Below, piece by piece: positions 1-7,977 of a stretch of DNA of 64,000 nt (positions within the stretch are counted from its first letter, which is position 1; each line of letters opens with the position of its first letter). Source of the DNA: an uncultured Wenzhouxiangella sp. (GTDB lineage Bacteria; Pseudomonadota; Gammaproteobacteria; Xanthomonadales; Wenzhouxiangellaceae); contig CAZFYM010000004.1 in NCBI GenBank assembly GCA_964523755.1, positions 7,068-71,067 of the forward strand, in the 5' to 3' direction. Both the position numbers and the translations under genes were made by a program. The notes below the pieces were generated by a model. It had not been told where the DNA came from. It made no database searches and was given only the letters and a program-made list of their open reading frames with translations.

Positions 1-300
1 GTTGTCGATCACCGGACCGATCGTGACCTGGGTGTCCGGAAACAGTCGTTTGACGGCCTGCGCCATCAAATGCGCGGTGGAATGGCGGATCAGATCCAGC
101 CCTTCCTCATCACGCCCGGTGATGATCCGCAGCGAGACATCACGGTCAATGGTATGACTGGCATCGACCAGCTTCCCATCGACTTGTCCAGCCAGCGTCG
201 CCTTGGCCAACCCCGGCCCAATCGACGCCGCAACGTCAGCCACAGACACTGGCTGGGCAAAAGATTTCTGACTGCCGTCAGGTAAGGTAATTTGAATCAT
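1..300 (-). CDS. thrS: Threonine--tRNA ligase, N-terminal 100 codons (runs off the window edge)
   Basis: Not in the ORF track. Manual reverse-strand translation gives [46 protein letters not shown]...[30 protein letters not shown], which is the TGS domain and RHSTAH motif of ThrRS. Confidence 0.96.
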   Translation of the reverse strand, partial: MIQITLPDGSQKSFAQPVSVADVAASIGPGLAKATLAGQVDGKLVDASHTIDRDVSLRIITGRDEEGLDLIRHSTAHLMAQAVKRLFPDTQVTIGPVIDN

Positions 301-308
301 AACCGCTA

Positions 309-338
309 ATTTTACCGCCACTCAGAGCCCGCAGTGAA
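309..338 (-). promoter_or_regulatory. Candidate sigma70 promoter for thrS
   Basis: Minus strand TTCACT-18 nt-TAAAAT; the -10 ends 8 nt before the ATG. Confidence 0.45.
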
Positions 339-375
339 CATTAATTCGATAAAAAAAACGGTTTACGGTTCAGAC

Positions 376-413
376 AAAAACAAAAATGCCTGGGCTCAGG
401 GTTTCGGAAGCCC
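376..413 (-). terminator. Possible intrinsic terminator of the tRNA-Val transcript
   Basis: Minus strand CCGGGCT...AGCCCAGG stem followed by CATTTTTGTTTTT. Confidence 0.4.
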
Positions 414-558
414 GGAGCTGGTCCAGTGCCGCTGAGAGCGTCCGGATCGGTTACGGATGGAACGCAGGAACCGCAGTGTACCTGGATGGTACATGAGGAT
501 TCCGAGTACCACCCGGCGCCGATCCGGACGTTCTCAGTGGTGCTGGGGCAGTTCCAGG
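411..558 (+). ncRNA. Candidate structured RNA: 37-bp stem enclosing a 68-nt GGA-rich region
   Basis: 414-450 pairs with 519-555: 30 Watson-Crick pairs, 6 G-U pairs (all on the + strand) and 1 G-G mismatch. Inner hairpin GTGTACC-TGGAT-GGTACAT at 476-494. Confidence 0.45.
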
Positions 559-635
559 TGGTGGGCGATGCTGGATTCGAACCAGCGACCTCTGCCATGT
601 CAAGACAGCGCTCTAACCAACTGAGCTAATCGCCC
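559..635 (-). tRNA. tRNA-Val (anticodon GAC)
   Basis: Reverse complement GGGCGATTAGCTCAGTTGGTTAGAGCGCTGTCTTGACATGGCAGAGGTCGCTGGTTCGAATCCAGCATCGCCCACCA: cloverleaf, GAC anticodon, GGTTCGAATCC T-loop and encoded CCA. Confidence 0.98.
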
Positions 636-649
636 GAAACAAGCCGCCC

Positions 650-678
650 AATGTACCCGAAACCCCAATTCACATCAA
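650..678 (-). promoter_or_regulatory. Sigma70 promoter of tRNA-Val
   Basis: Minus strand TTGATG-17 nt-TACATT followed by a GC-rich discriminator GGGCGGC. Confidence 0.7.
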
Positions 679-730
679 TACCCTCGGCAACAAAAAATGC
701 CCGGCATTGGTGGCATAGCTGGCATTTAAC

Positions 731-818
731 GCATCACGCAGAGCCGCAGAAGTCACACAGCGAAAACCCTTATTTTCTTCCTCTGCGTCCTTTGCGCCTC
801 TGCGCCTCTGCGTGATGC
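731..818. repeat. Intergenic hairpin repeat (CGCAGAG/CGCAAAG family), unoccupied copy
   Basis: Perfect 13-bp inverted repeat GCATCACGCAGAG / CTCTGCGTGATGC, internal (C/T)TCTGCG-type iterations and an A/T-rich centre. Related arms occur at 43810-44310 and 61718-62139. Confidence 0.7.
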
Positions 819-867
819 TTTTTAAGGATTGATGCCACCCATTCGCGACAGACCGACTCAGCGCTAT

Positions 868-876
868 TGATACAAT
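868..876 (+). promoter_or_regulatory. Extended -10 promoter candidate for mfd
   Basis: TG-A-TACAAT ending 27 nt upstream of ATG 903. Confidence 0.4.
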
Positions 877-902
877 GCACGATTGTTTCATCTAACCATC
901 TC

Positions 903-3900
903 ATGTCCAGCACATTTTCAGTACTGAACCCGCCGCGCCTGGAGCCGGGAAAGCCGGTTGACTGGCCAGAGCTGTCCGGGCTGGCGCTGGCGCTGGCATT
1001 GTCGACATTGGCCCGCCGTCAGGGCGGGCCGATGCTGATTGCGGCCAGTGACGGTTACGCGGCGCGTCAGTTGCGGCGCGATCTCAGTCAGCTCGACGGA
1101 CCACCGGTCGAACTGTTTCCGGACTGGGAAATCCTGCCTTATGATTTGTATTCGCCCCATCCGGACCTGATTTCGCGCCGGCTGGATCTGCTCGCGCGCC
1201 TGCCAGGCCTGCGCGAAGGGATCATTGTCGCGCCACTGGCCGCGCTGATCCAGCGCCTGCCGCCCGCCGCCTGGATCCAGGGCCAGAGTCTGAATCTGGC
1301 CGTCGGTGACCGCATTGATGCCGATGGGTTTCGTCATCTTCTCAGCGAGGCCGGCTATGGTGCATCCGATCAGGTCTGGCAGCCAGGGCAGTTCGCGGTG
1401 CGCGGTGCGGTCATGGATCTGTGGCCCATGGGGCGGCCTCAACCCTATCGCATCGAGTTGTTCGATGACGAAATCGAATCGATCCGCCTGTTTGATGCCG
1501 AATCCCAGCGTTCGACCGAGAAACTGGATCGGATCGATATGCTGCCGGCGCGTGAGTACCCTTTCGATGAAAAAAGCCGCCAGGCGTTTCGACGACAATT
1601 CCGCAATCGCTTCGATGTGGATCTGCGCCGTGCCCTGCCCTATGTCGAAGTCGGTGAAGGTATTCATGGCCAGGGGCTGGAACAATACCTGCCCTTGTTT
1701 TTTGAACAAACCAGTTCACTGATCGACTATCTTCCGGTTCAGCATCGTCTTGTCATCCTGCCCGGTGTAGACGAGGCAACGCGCGAATTCAGTGACCAGG
1801 TCCATGCCCGGCATGAGCAGCGCAGCGGTGATCGCGAACGCCCGGTGCTTGACCCGGACGAGTCGTATTTTCCAGCCGATGAGCTGCTTGCTCGCTTAAA
1901 AGCCGATGCCAGCGTTCGGGTCACCCGGCGCAAGCCGGCTCGATCAATCGTCGACGCACCGCCCTCGATCGATCTTGACCACGGTGCCGATGCCGCAGTC
2001 GAGCAGCTCCGTCAACTGCCGGGCCGGATCTTTCTCGCGGCTGACACGGCCGGCCGGCGCGAATTGATCAATGAGGGGCTCAAGGCCGCCGGCCTGCGTC
2101 CACGCATCGTCGAGTCGTGGTCAGCTTTTATCAGCGGTGACGACCGCCTGGCACTGGCCGTCATGCCGGTCTCGAGCGGCTGCTGTCTGCCCGACCGTGA
2201 GCTGACCATCCTCTCGGAATCCGAGCTGTTCCCGGGACACACGCGGACGCATCAGCGCGAGCGGCGCACCGGGCAGGATCCGGAAAGCATGATCAAAAGC
2301 CTGGCCGATCTTCAGGCCGGCGCACTGGTGGTGCATCTGGAGCATGGCATCGGGCGCTACTTGGGCCTGGAGGTCCTGACGGTGGGTGACAGCACCGGTG
2401 AATACCTGACCCTGGAATACGATGGCGGCGACAAGCTCTATGTCCCGGTAACCGACCTGCATCTGGTCAGCCGCTATACCGGTGCCGACCCGGAACAGGT
2501 CACCCTCAATCGCCTGGGTTCCGAGCAATGGAAGAAAACCCGGCGCAAGGCAGCTGAAAAGGTCCGTGACGTGGCCGCCGAATTGCTCAACCTGCAGGCG
2601 CGCCGCGCCGCACGCAGTGGTCATGCCTACGCGATTGAACGGGGTATGCAGGCGCGCTTTGCCGCCGGCTTTGAGTATGAAGAAACCGACGACCAGCTCA
2701 CGACCATCGAGGCGGTGCTGGCCGACCTGGCCTCGGACCAGCCGATGGACCGGGTGGTCTGTGGCGATGTCGGGTTCGGCAAGACCGAGGTTGCCCTGCG
2801 CGCCGCCTTTGCCGTTGCCGAGTCCGGCCGCCAGGTGGCCATGCTGGCCCCGACCACGCTGCTGGCCGAGCAGCATTATCGAAACTTTTCCGACCGCTTT
2901 GCCGACTGGCCCATCAACGTCGCCTTGCTGTCCCGCAGCGGCCAGAATTGTGCCCAAACTGTCGCTGGCCTGGCCTCGGGCACGGTCGATATCGTGATCG
3001 GCACGCATCGCCTGATCCAGAAAGACATCGCCTTCAGGGATCTGGGCCTGGTCATCATTGACGAAGAACAGCGTTTCGGCGTCCGCCAGAAAGAACGCCT
3101 GAAGGCGCTGCGTGCCGAGGTTGACTTGCTGACCCTGACGGCCACACCCATTCCGCGCACGCTCAACATGGCCATGGCCGGCCTGCGTGAATTGTCGATT
3201 ATTGCCACGCCGCCGGCTCGCCGACTGGCGGTGCGAACCTTTGTGTCGGAATGGGACACGCCAACCATTCGCGATGCCGTCAGTCGCGAGTTCCAGCGCG
3301 GTGGCCAGGTCTATTTTCTGCACAACGAAGTCAAGAGCATGGCGCGCATGCTCGACGAACTTCAGGACATGTTTCCGCGCGCGCGCGTCGGTATGGCCCA
3401 CGGTCAGATGCCAAGCGGCGAAATGGAGCGCACCATGCGCGATTTCTATGCCCGCCGGATCAATCTTCTGGTCTGCAGCACGATCATTGAAAACGGTATT
3501 GATGTACCGACGGCCAATACCATCATCATCAACCGGGCGGACAAGTTCGGCCTGGCCCAGCTCCACCAGCTGCGTGGCCGGGTTGGCCGTTCGCACCACC
3601 TGGCTTACGCCTATCTGATTACGCCACCCAAACAAGTACTGACTCGGGATGCGCGCAAACGCCTGGAAGCCATTCAGAGCCTGGAAGAGCTGGGTGCCGG
3701 ATTCACCCTGGCCAGCCATGATCTGGAAATTCGCGGAGCCGGCGAACTGCTGGGCGAGGATCAGTCCGGCCAGATCGAGGCAATCGGGTTCTCGCTTTAT
3801 TCCGACTTGCTCAACCGTGCGGTCGAAGCTCTCAAGGCCGGACTGGAACCGGATTTGGATGAACCGTTGTCACTGATCAGTGAAGTCGACCTGCACGTGA

Positions 3901-4337
3901 CCGCCATGATTCCGCCGGATTATCTGCCCGATGTCCATCAGCGCCTGGTTTTGTACAAGCGCATCAGCCAGGCCGATTCGGACAAGAAGCTGGATCAGCT
4001 TGCTGTTGAAATGATCGATCGTTTCGGCTTGCTGCCAGCGGAAGTCAAGAACCTGCTAAAGACCGCCGAGCTTCGCCTCCAGGCCCGCAAACTGGGTATT
4101 CGACGTCTGGAAGTCGGTCCGGCCGGCGGGCGGGTTGAATTTGTCAGCAAGCCTGATATCAATATCGATGAACTATTGAAAATGATCCAGAAAGAAGCCC
4201 ATACTTTCGAGCTTCCGGCCAACGATCGGCTGCGCGTCAAGGGCGAGTATGAATCGGCCGAAGAACGCCTTGCCATGGCGCTGGAACTGATTGAACGCCT
4301 GGGACGCTCTGAACCTCCGCGACGGGCGAGCGCTTGA
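903..4337 (+). CDS. mfd: Transcription-repair coupling factor
   Basis: UvrB-homology N-terminus, CarD-like RID (VVHLEHGIGRY), SF2 motifs (CGDVGFGKTEV, DEEQRFGV, QLRGRVGR) and TRG motif (HDLEIRGAG). Start moved from 867 to ATG 903. Confidence 0.98.
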   Translation: MSSTFSVLNPPRLEPGKPVDWPELSGLALALALSTLARRQGGPMLIAASDGYAARQLRRDLSQLDGPPVELFPDWEILPYDLYSPHPDLISRRLDLLARLPGLREGIIVAPLAALIQRLPPAAWIQGQSLNLAVGDRIDADGFRHLLSEAGYGASDQVWQPGQFAVRGAVMDLWPMGRPQPYRIELFDDEIESIRLFDAESQRSTEKLDRIDMLPAREYPFDEKSRQAFRRQFRNRFDVDLRRALPYVEVGEGIHGQGLEQYLPLFFEQTSSLIDYLPVQHRLVILPGVDEATREFSDQVHARHEQRSGDRERPVLDPDESYFPADELLARLKADASVRVTRRKPARSIVDAPPSIDLDHGADAAVEQLRQLPGRIFLAADTAGRRELINEGLKAAGLRPRIVESWSAFISGDDRLALAVMPVSSGCCLPDRELTILSESELFPGHTRTHQRERRTGQDPESMIKSLADLQAGALVVHLEHGIGRYLGLEVLTVGDSTGEYLTLEYDGGDKLYVPVTDLHLVSRYTGADPEQVTLNRLGSEQWKKTRRKAAEKVRDVAAELLNLQARRAARSGHAYAIERGMQARFAAGFEYEETDDQLTTIEAVLADLASDQPMDRVVCGDVGFGKTEVALRAAFAVAESGRQVAMLAPTTLLAEQHYRNFSDRFADWPINVALLSRSGQNCAQTVAGLASGTVDIVIGTHRLIQKDIAFRDLGLVIIDEEQRFGVRQKERLKALRAEVDLLTLTATPIPRTLNMAMAGLRELSIIATPPARRLAVRTFVSEWDTPTIRDAVSREFQRGGQVYFLHNEVKSMARMLDELQDMFPRARVGMAHGQMPSGEMERTMRDFYARRINLLVCSTIIENGIDVPTANTIIINRADKFGLAQLHQLRGRVGRSHHLAYAYLITPPKQVLTRDARKRLEAIQSLEELGAGFTLASHDLEIRGAGELLGEDQSGQIEAIGFSLYSDLLNRAVEALKAGLEPDLDEPLSLISEVDLHVTAMIPPDYLPDVHQRLVLYKRISQADSDKKLDQLAVEMIDRFGLLPAEVKNLLKTAELRLQARKLGIRRLEVGPAGGRVEFVSKPDINIDELLKMIQKEAHTFELPANDRLRVKGEYESAEERLAMALELIERLGRSEPPRRASA

Positions 4338-4353
4338 AGTACACTTCTGACTC

Positions 4354-5250
4354 ATGAAGCCATACCTAGCTCTGTTCGCCCTGACGGCGCTGCTGATACT
4401 GCCCGCGCAGCCGCCATTTGCCGCCGCAACGACACCAATGTACCGGGTCGAGGTGGTGGTTTTCATGTATCCGAACGGAACCAGCGATCGCCGCCTGTCC
4501 AGTGAGCCAGCGGATTATTCCGCACTGCCCGACACCCGGGCCAATGCACGGGCCGCGGCTTTTCAGCCATCGGACGCTGGCCTCGAGGATTCAACACTGT
4601 CAGATGAAGAGCAACAGGATCAGGCCCGCGAGGAAGCTATATCGATTTTCAGCGCCCTCGACGCTCTGGAACAAGGTATCCAGGCCAGCACTGGATCGTA
4701 TACCGGTGGCCCGGTTTATCCCCAACCCTGGGTCAACCTGGAAGCGCCAGGTCCGGAGATGGCCGATGCCTGGCGTCGTCTTGACGAAAGTCCTCATCAC
4801 AGACCGCTGACCTGGAGAGCCTGGTACCAACCCATCGGCTCCGGCCAGACTGCACAATGGTTGCGATTGCATGACGAGAGGATCATCGATCTGAACTGGC
4901 TGGAGCCCGAGTCGCTCAGTCCCGATTTTGTTCCTGATGACAAGCCGGTCCCCTATCGCCTGCCAAGTGCCCAGTTTCGACTCGACGGCGGCATTCGGCT
5001 GCGCGAACGCCAGTTCATGCATGCCGATATCGATATCGTCTGGCAAGAGCCTGTCGCTGGTCCCCCGAATTCGCTTGCCGGCATCCTGGCGGAAATCACC
5101 GGTTTTGAGCAGCATCGTCTCAATCAGTCCCGCAGCATTCGCCTCGGACGACTCGAGTATTTCGACTCGCCCTGGCTTGGCGTTCTGCTGAAGGTCGAGC
5201 GCTGGCAGTCTCCGTGGCTTGAAGTCAAGCCGCAGGCGATCGCTCAGTGA
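4354..5250 (+). CDS. CsiV-family (peptidoglycan-binding) exported protein
   Basis: Signal peptide, YRVEVVVF N-terminal strand and LDGGIRL...QSRSIRLGRLEYFDSPWLGVLLKV C-terminus. The position downstream of mfd is typical. Confidence 0.75.
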   Translation: MKPYLALFALTALLILPAQPPFAAATTPMYRVEVVVFMYPNGTSDRRLSSEPADYSALPDTRANARAAAFQPSDAGLEDSTLSDEEQQDQAREEAISIFSALDALEQGIQASTGSYTGGPVYPQPWVNLEAPGPEMADAWRRLDESPHHRPLTWRAWYQPIGSGQTAQWLRLHDERIIDLNWLEPESLSPDFVPDDKPVPYRLPSAQFRLDGGIRLRERQFMHADIDIVWQEPVAGPPNSLAGILAEITGFEQHRLNQSRSIRLGRLEYFDSPWLGVLLKVERWQSPWLEVKPQAIAQ

Positions 5251-6590
5251 GCGTAGCCCAGGCGCGCGAGAAGCTGTTGGGCAATCATCGCCTGGAGCGC
5301 GCCTACCAGCTACTGGTCAATCAGGAAGATGCACGGGTCTGCCGGGATATTGACGAAAAGGCCTGCCGGGTCGTTGCTGGCAACTTCTTTGTACAGGTTC
5401 TCACCCAGTTCTTGACCAAGCTGGGCGATGCGCTTGCCAACCCCAAGACCATTCTTGCATGGATGCTGAGCGCGCTGGGCGCACCCGGTATCTTCACCGC
5501 CTTTCTGGTCCCGATTCGCGAGTCCGGCTCGCTGATTCCACAACTGGTCATCGCCGCCTATGTTCGGCTTCAAGCCATTCGCAAATGGACATTTGTTGTC
5601 GGCTGTGTACTGCAAGCCCTTGCCGTTTTTTCGATGGCACTTGTTGCCATCTCGCTCAGCGGCTCGGCAGCGGGATTTGCCTTGCTCGGGGCGCTGGTGG
5701 TCTTCAGTCTGTCACGCGGGCTATGCTCGGTTGCCTCCAAGGATGTACTGGGCAAGACCGTCCCCAAAACCCGGCGCGGCCGGGTCAGCGGCTGGTCGGA
5801 ATTTCTGGCCGGTCTGGTGACGATAGGCGTTGGGATCGTCTTGTTGTTGAGCCAGGGCCAGGAACAAGGCGATATGGCCGCCTACCTGGTTCTACTGGCC
5901 ATCGCCGGCGGACTGTGGCTGCTGGCTGCGGCCAGTTACGCCATGATCCGGGAATTTCCAGGCGCGACCGAGGGCGGTGGCAATGCGCTGACCGAAGGTG
6001 TGAAGCGACTGTCGCTGCTGAGAACCGACCGGCCGTTTCGCCATTTTGTAATCGCCCGATCATTATTGTTGTGTTCATCCTTGAGCGCACCATTTTTCAT
6101 CATGCTGGCGTACCAGCAAACCGGTGGTGCCCTGCTTGTGCTGGGCCTGTTCGTGATTGCCGACGGGCTGGCAAGCCTGGTTTCAGCGCCCTTCTGGGGC
6201 CAGTTCGCCGATCATTCCAGCCGCCGGGTCATGATCGTGGCCGGCAGCGGTGCGGCCCTGGTTGGCCTGGCCCTGGTCACAACCGTGAATCTGCTACCCG
6301 CGCTGGCGGACAGCCAGTGGCTTTATCCTGCGTTCTTCTTTCTGCTGGCCATTGCCCATGCCGGTGTCAGATTGGGCCGCAAGACCTATGTAGTCGACCT
6401 GGCCAGCGGTAACAGGCGCACTGATTATGTCGCGGTCAGCAACACCGTGATTGGCGTGGTGCTGTTGCTGGCTGGCAGCGTCGGTGCGCTGACCACCATC
6501 ATGCCAGTCTCGGGCGTCATCATGGTTCTGGCCATCATGGGTTTGTGCGGGGCCGTCTTGAGCTTTCGCCTGCCCGAGGTTACCGATTAG
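5247..6590 (+). CDS. MFS-type permease
   Basis: About 12 hydrophobic segments, GKTVPKTRRGR loop motif and WGQFADHSSRR second-half motif. GTGA overlap with the upstream stop. Confidence 0.85.
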   Translation: MSVAQAREKLLGNHRLERAYQLLVNQEDARVCRDIDEKACRVVAGNFFVQVLTQFLTKLGDALANPKTILAWMLSALGAPGIFTAFLVPIRESGSLIPQLVIAAYVRLQAIRKWTFVVGCVLQALAVFSMALVAISLSGSAAGFALLGALVVFSLSRGLCSVASKDVLGKTVPKTRRGRVSGWSEFLAGLVTIGVGIVLLLSQGQEQGDMAAYLVLLAIAGGLWLLAAASYAMIREFPGATEGGGNALTEGVKRLSLLRTDRPFRHFVIARSLLLCSSLSAPFFIMLAYQQTGGALLVLGLFVIADGLASLVSAPFWGQFADHSSRRVMIVAGSGAALVGLALVTTVNLLPALADSQWLYPAFFFLLAIAHAGVRLGRKTYVVDLASGNRRTDYVAVSNTVIGVVLLLAGSVGALTTIMPVSGVIMVLAIMGLCGAVLSFRLPEVTD

Positions 6591-6593
6591 ATC

Positions 6594-7898
6594 ATGAAGA
6601 AACTGGCTCTGGTCGGGTTGCTGCTGGCACTGGTAGCCACCGGGCTGGTTTACTGGGCGTTGACGGCGCGCATCGAGACCCAGTTGGAACGGGTGGCCGG
6701 TCAGGTCGCTGTCTGGGGTCGACTGACCTGGGGCACAGTTCGGGTGGATCCCCGCGGTTCGGTCTCGATCAGATCCCTCCGCTTTGTGCCGATTGACCGC
6801 CGTGACTCGATCACCATCAGCCAGCTTGAACTGCACGCCGGTTCCCTTCCCGCGCTGCTGCGCTTTTCCGATCAAATCCAGGATGGCCGATTGCCACAGC
6901 AAGCGGGCATCAGTGTTCGTGGTCTGAAAATGCCGGTGACCCCCGCCATGGAAACCGTATCAGCGGATCAATTAGGATTGATCCTCCCACTGGCCGCAGC
7001 CGGCTGTCCCGGCTTTGAGCAGCTCAGCCTGTACGACCTGACCGAGCTTGACTACTGGGAACTTCGGATGGATGCCGAGCTGGACTATCGCGTCGGTGTT
7101 GGCCTGCTGGAAATCAAGAGCCGACTATCCGTCGCCGATCTGAGTCTGAACCGACAAAGCTGGCGTCTTGAACTTGAAAGCGCTCCGGAAATGCTGCGGA
7201 ACCTGCCTCGCATGCTTGCCCAGGCCCGACTTCAACGTGTTGAACTGGAACACAGCGACCAGGGTTTTCATCAACGTCTGGTCAACCAGTGCGTGGAGCG
7301 CAGCGGCTTGACCTTCAACCACTACCAGCGCCGACATATCCAGTCTTGGCTAAATGAATGGTCAGCGCTGGGCATGGAGCCTGGGCGCCTGGTTGTCGCC
7401 GGCTATCGTCACTACCTGAGTCGGCCGGGGCGCATTACCCTTATTGCCGAGCCGGAACCGCCACCCCAGATCAACATTCTGCGTCAGAGAAGCGTTGCCG
7501 ATATTCTGATTCGCACTGCACCTTCCTTTGTCATCAATGATGGTACGCCAGTCGAGTTGACCGTCAGTCCACGACCCATTCCCGTCATGCCGGAACCGGT
7601 CGTCCCGGAACGATTGACACGACCGGAACGGATTGTCCGGCCGCAAGCCGACGATGCCGACAATCAACCAGTCATCATTGTTGGCCCGATACCCGATTGG
7701 AAAGCAATCGAGCTTGCCCGCGTCAGCAGCCATTACGGCGACAGCGCAAGGATTGAGCTGCGAGACGGCGCGACATTGCACGGACGCATTGTCAGTAGTG
7801 ATGTGAATTCACTGCAACTTTTGAGCCGCAGCCGCGGCGGCGAGTATGCCCGCCCGGTTGCGTTTGACCAGATTGAGCGCATCCAGGTCAGACCATAA
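6594..7898 (+). CDS. Hypothetical membrane-anchored protein
   Basis: 434 aa with one N-terminal TM or signal segment, a Pro-rich linker and a small C-terminal beta domain (ARIELRDGATLHGRIV...IERIQVRP). Starts 3 nt after the MFS stop. Confidence 0.75.
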   Translation: MKKLALVGLLLALVATGLVYWALTARIETQLERVAGQVAVWGRLTWGTVRVDPRGSVSIRSLRFVPIDRRDSITISQLELHAGSLPALLRFSDQIQDGRLPQQAGISVRGLKMPVTPAMETVSADQLGLILPLAAAGCPGFEQLSLYDLTELDYWELRMDAELDYRVGVGLLEIKSRLSVADLSLNRQSWRLELESAPEMLRNLPRMLAQARLQRVELEHSDQGFHQRLVNQCVERSGLTFNHYQRRHIQSWLNEWSALGMEPGRLVVAGYRHYLSRPGRITLIAEPEPPPQINILRQRSVADILIRTAPSFVINDGTPVELTVSPRPIPVMPEPVVPERLTRPERIVRPQADDADNQPVIIVGPIPDWKAIELARVSSHYGDSARIELRDGATLHGRIVSSDVNSLQLLSRSRGGEYARPVAFDQIERIQVRP

Positions 7899-7977
7899 GC
7901 TTTTGCATGTCAGGATTCCCATCCTGAAATCGTAATGAGGGACATCGACAAACACTTGCGATTTCTGAGGTCCTACC

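Noticed and set aside
341-629. ORFs 341..598(-) and 426..629(+)
   Set aside because: They are translations of the tRNA-Val gene and the adjacent hairpin (AEVAGSNPAS and AGFEPATS are classic tRNA-derived spurious peptides).
301-635. tRNA-Val as an integration site for a genomic island
   Set aside because: No integrase, no duplicated tRNA 3' end anywhere I could see, and thrS follows within 260 nt.
692-727. AAATGCC/GGCATTT hairpin with an A run, as a terminator or sRNA end
   Set aside because: Only a 7-bp stem with a 19-nt loop, and no evident transcript to terminate between two divergent promoters.
2121-3719. Long antisense ORFs (e.g. 2121..3719-, 26919..28253+, 33277..34245+, 42817..43731-, 44852..45652+)
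   Set aside because: Shadow frames opposite well-supported genes; expected in GC-rich coding DNA; no recognisable motifs.
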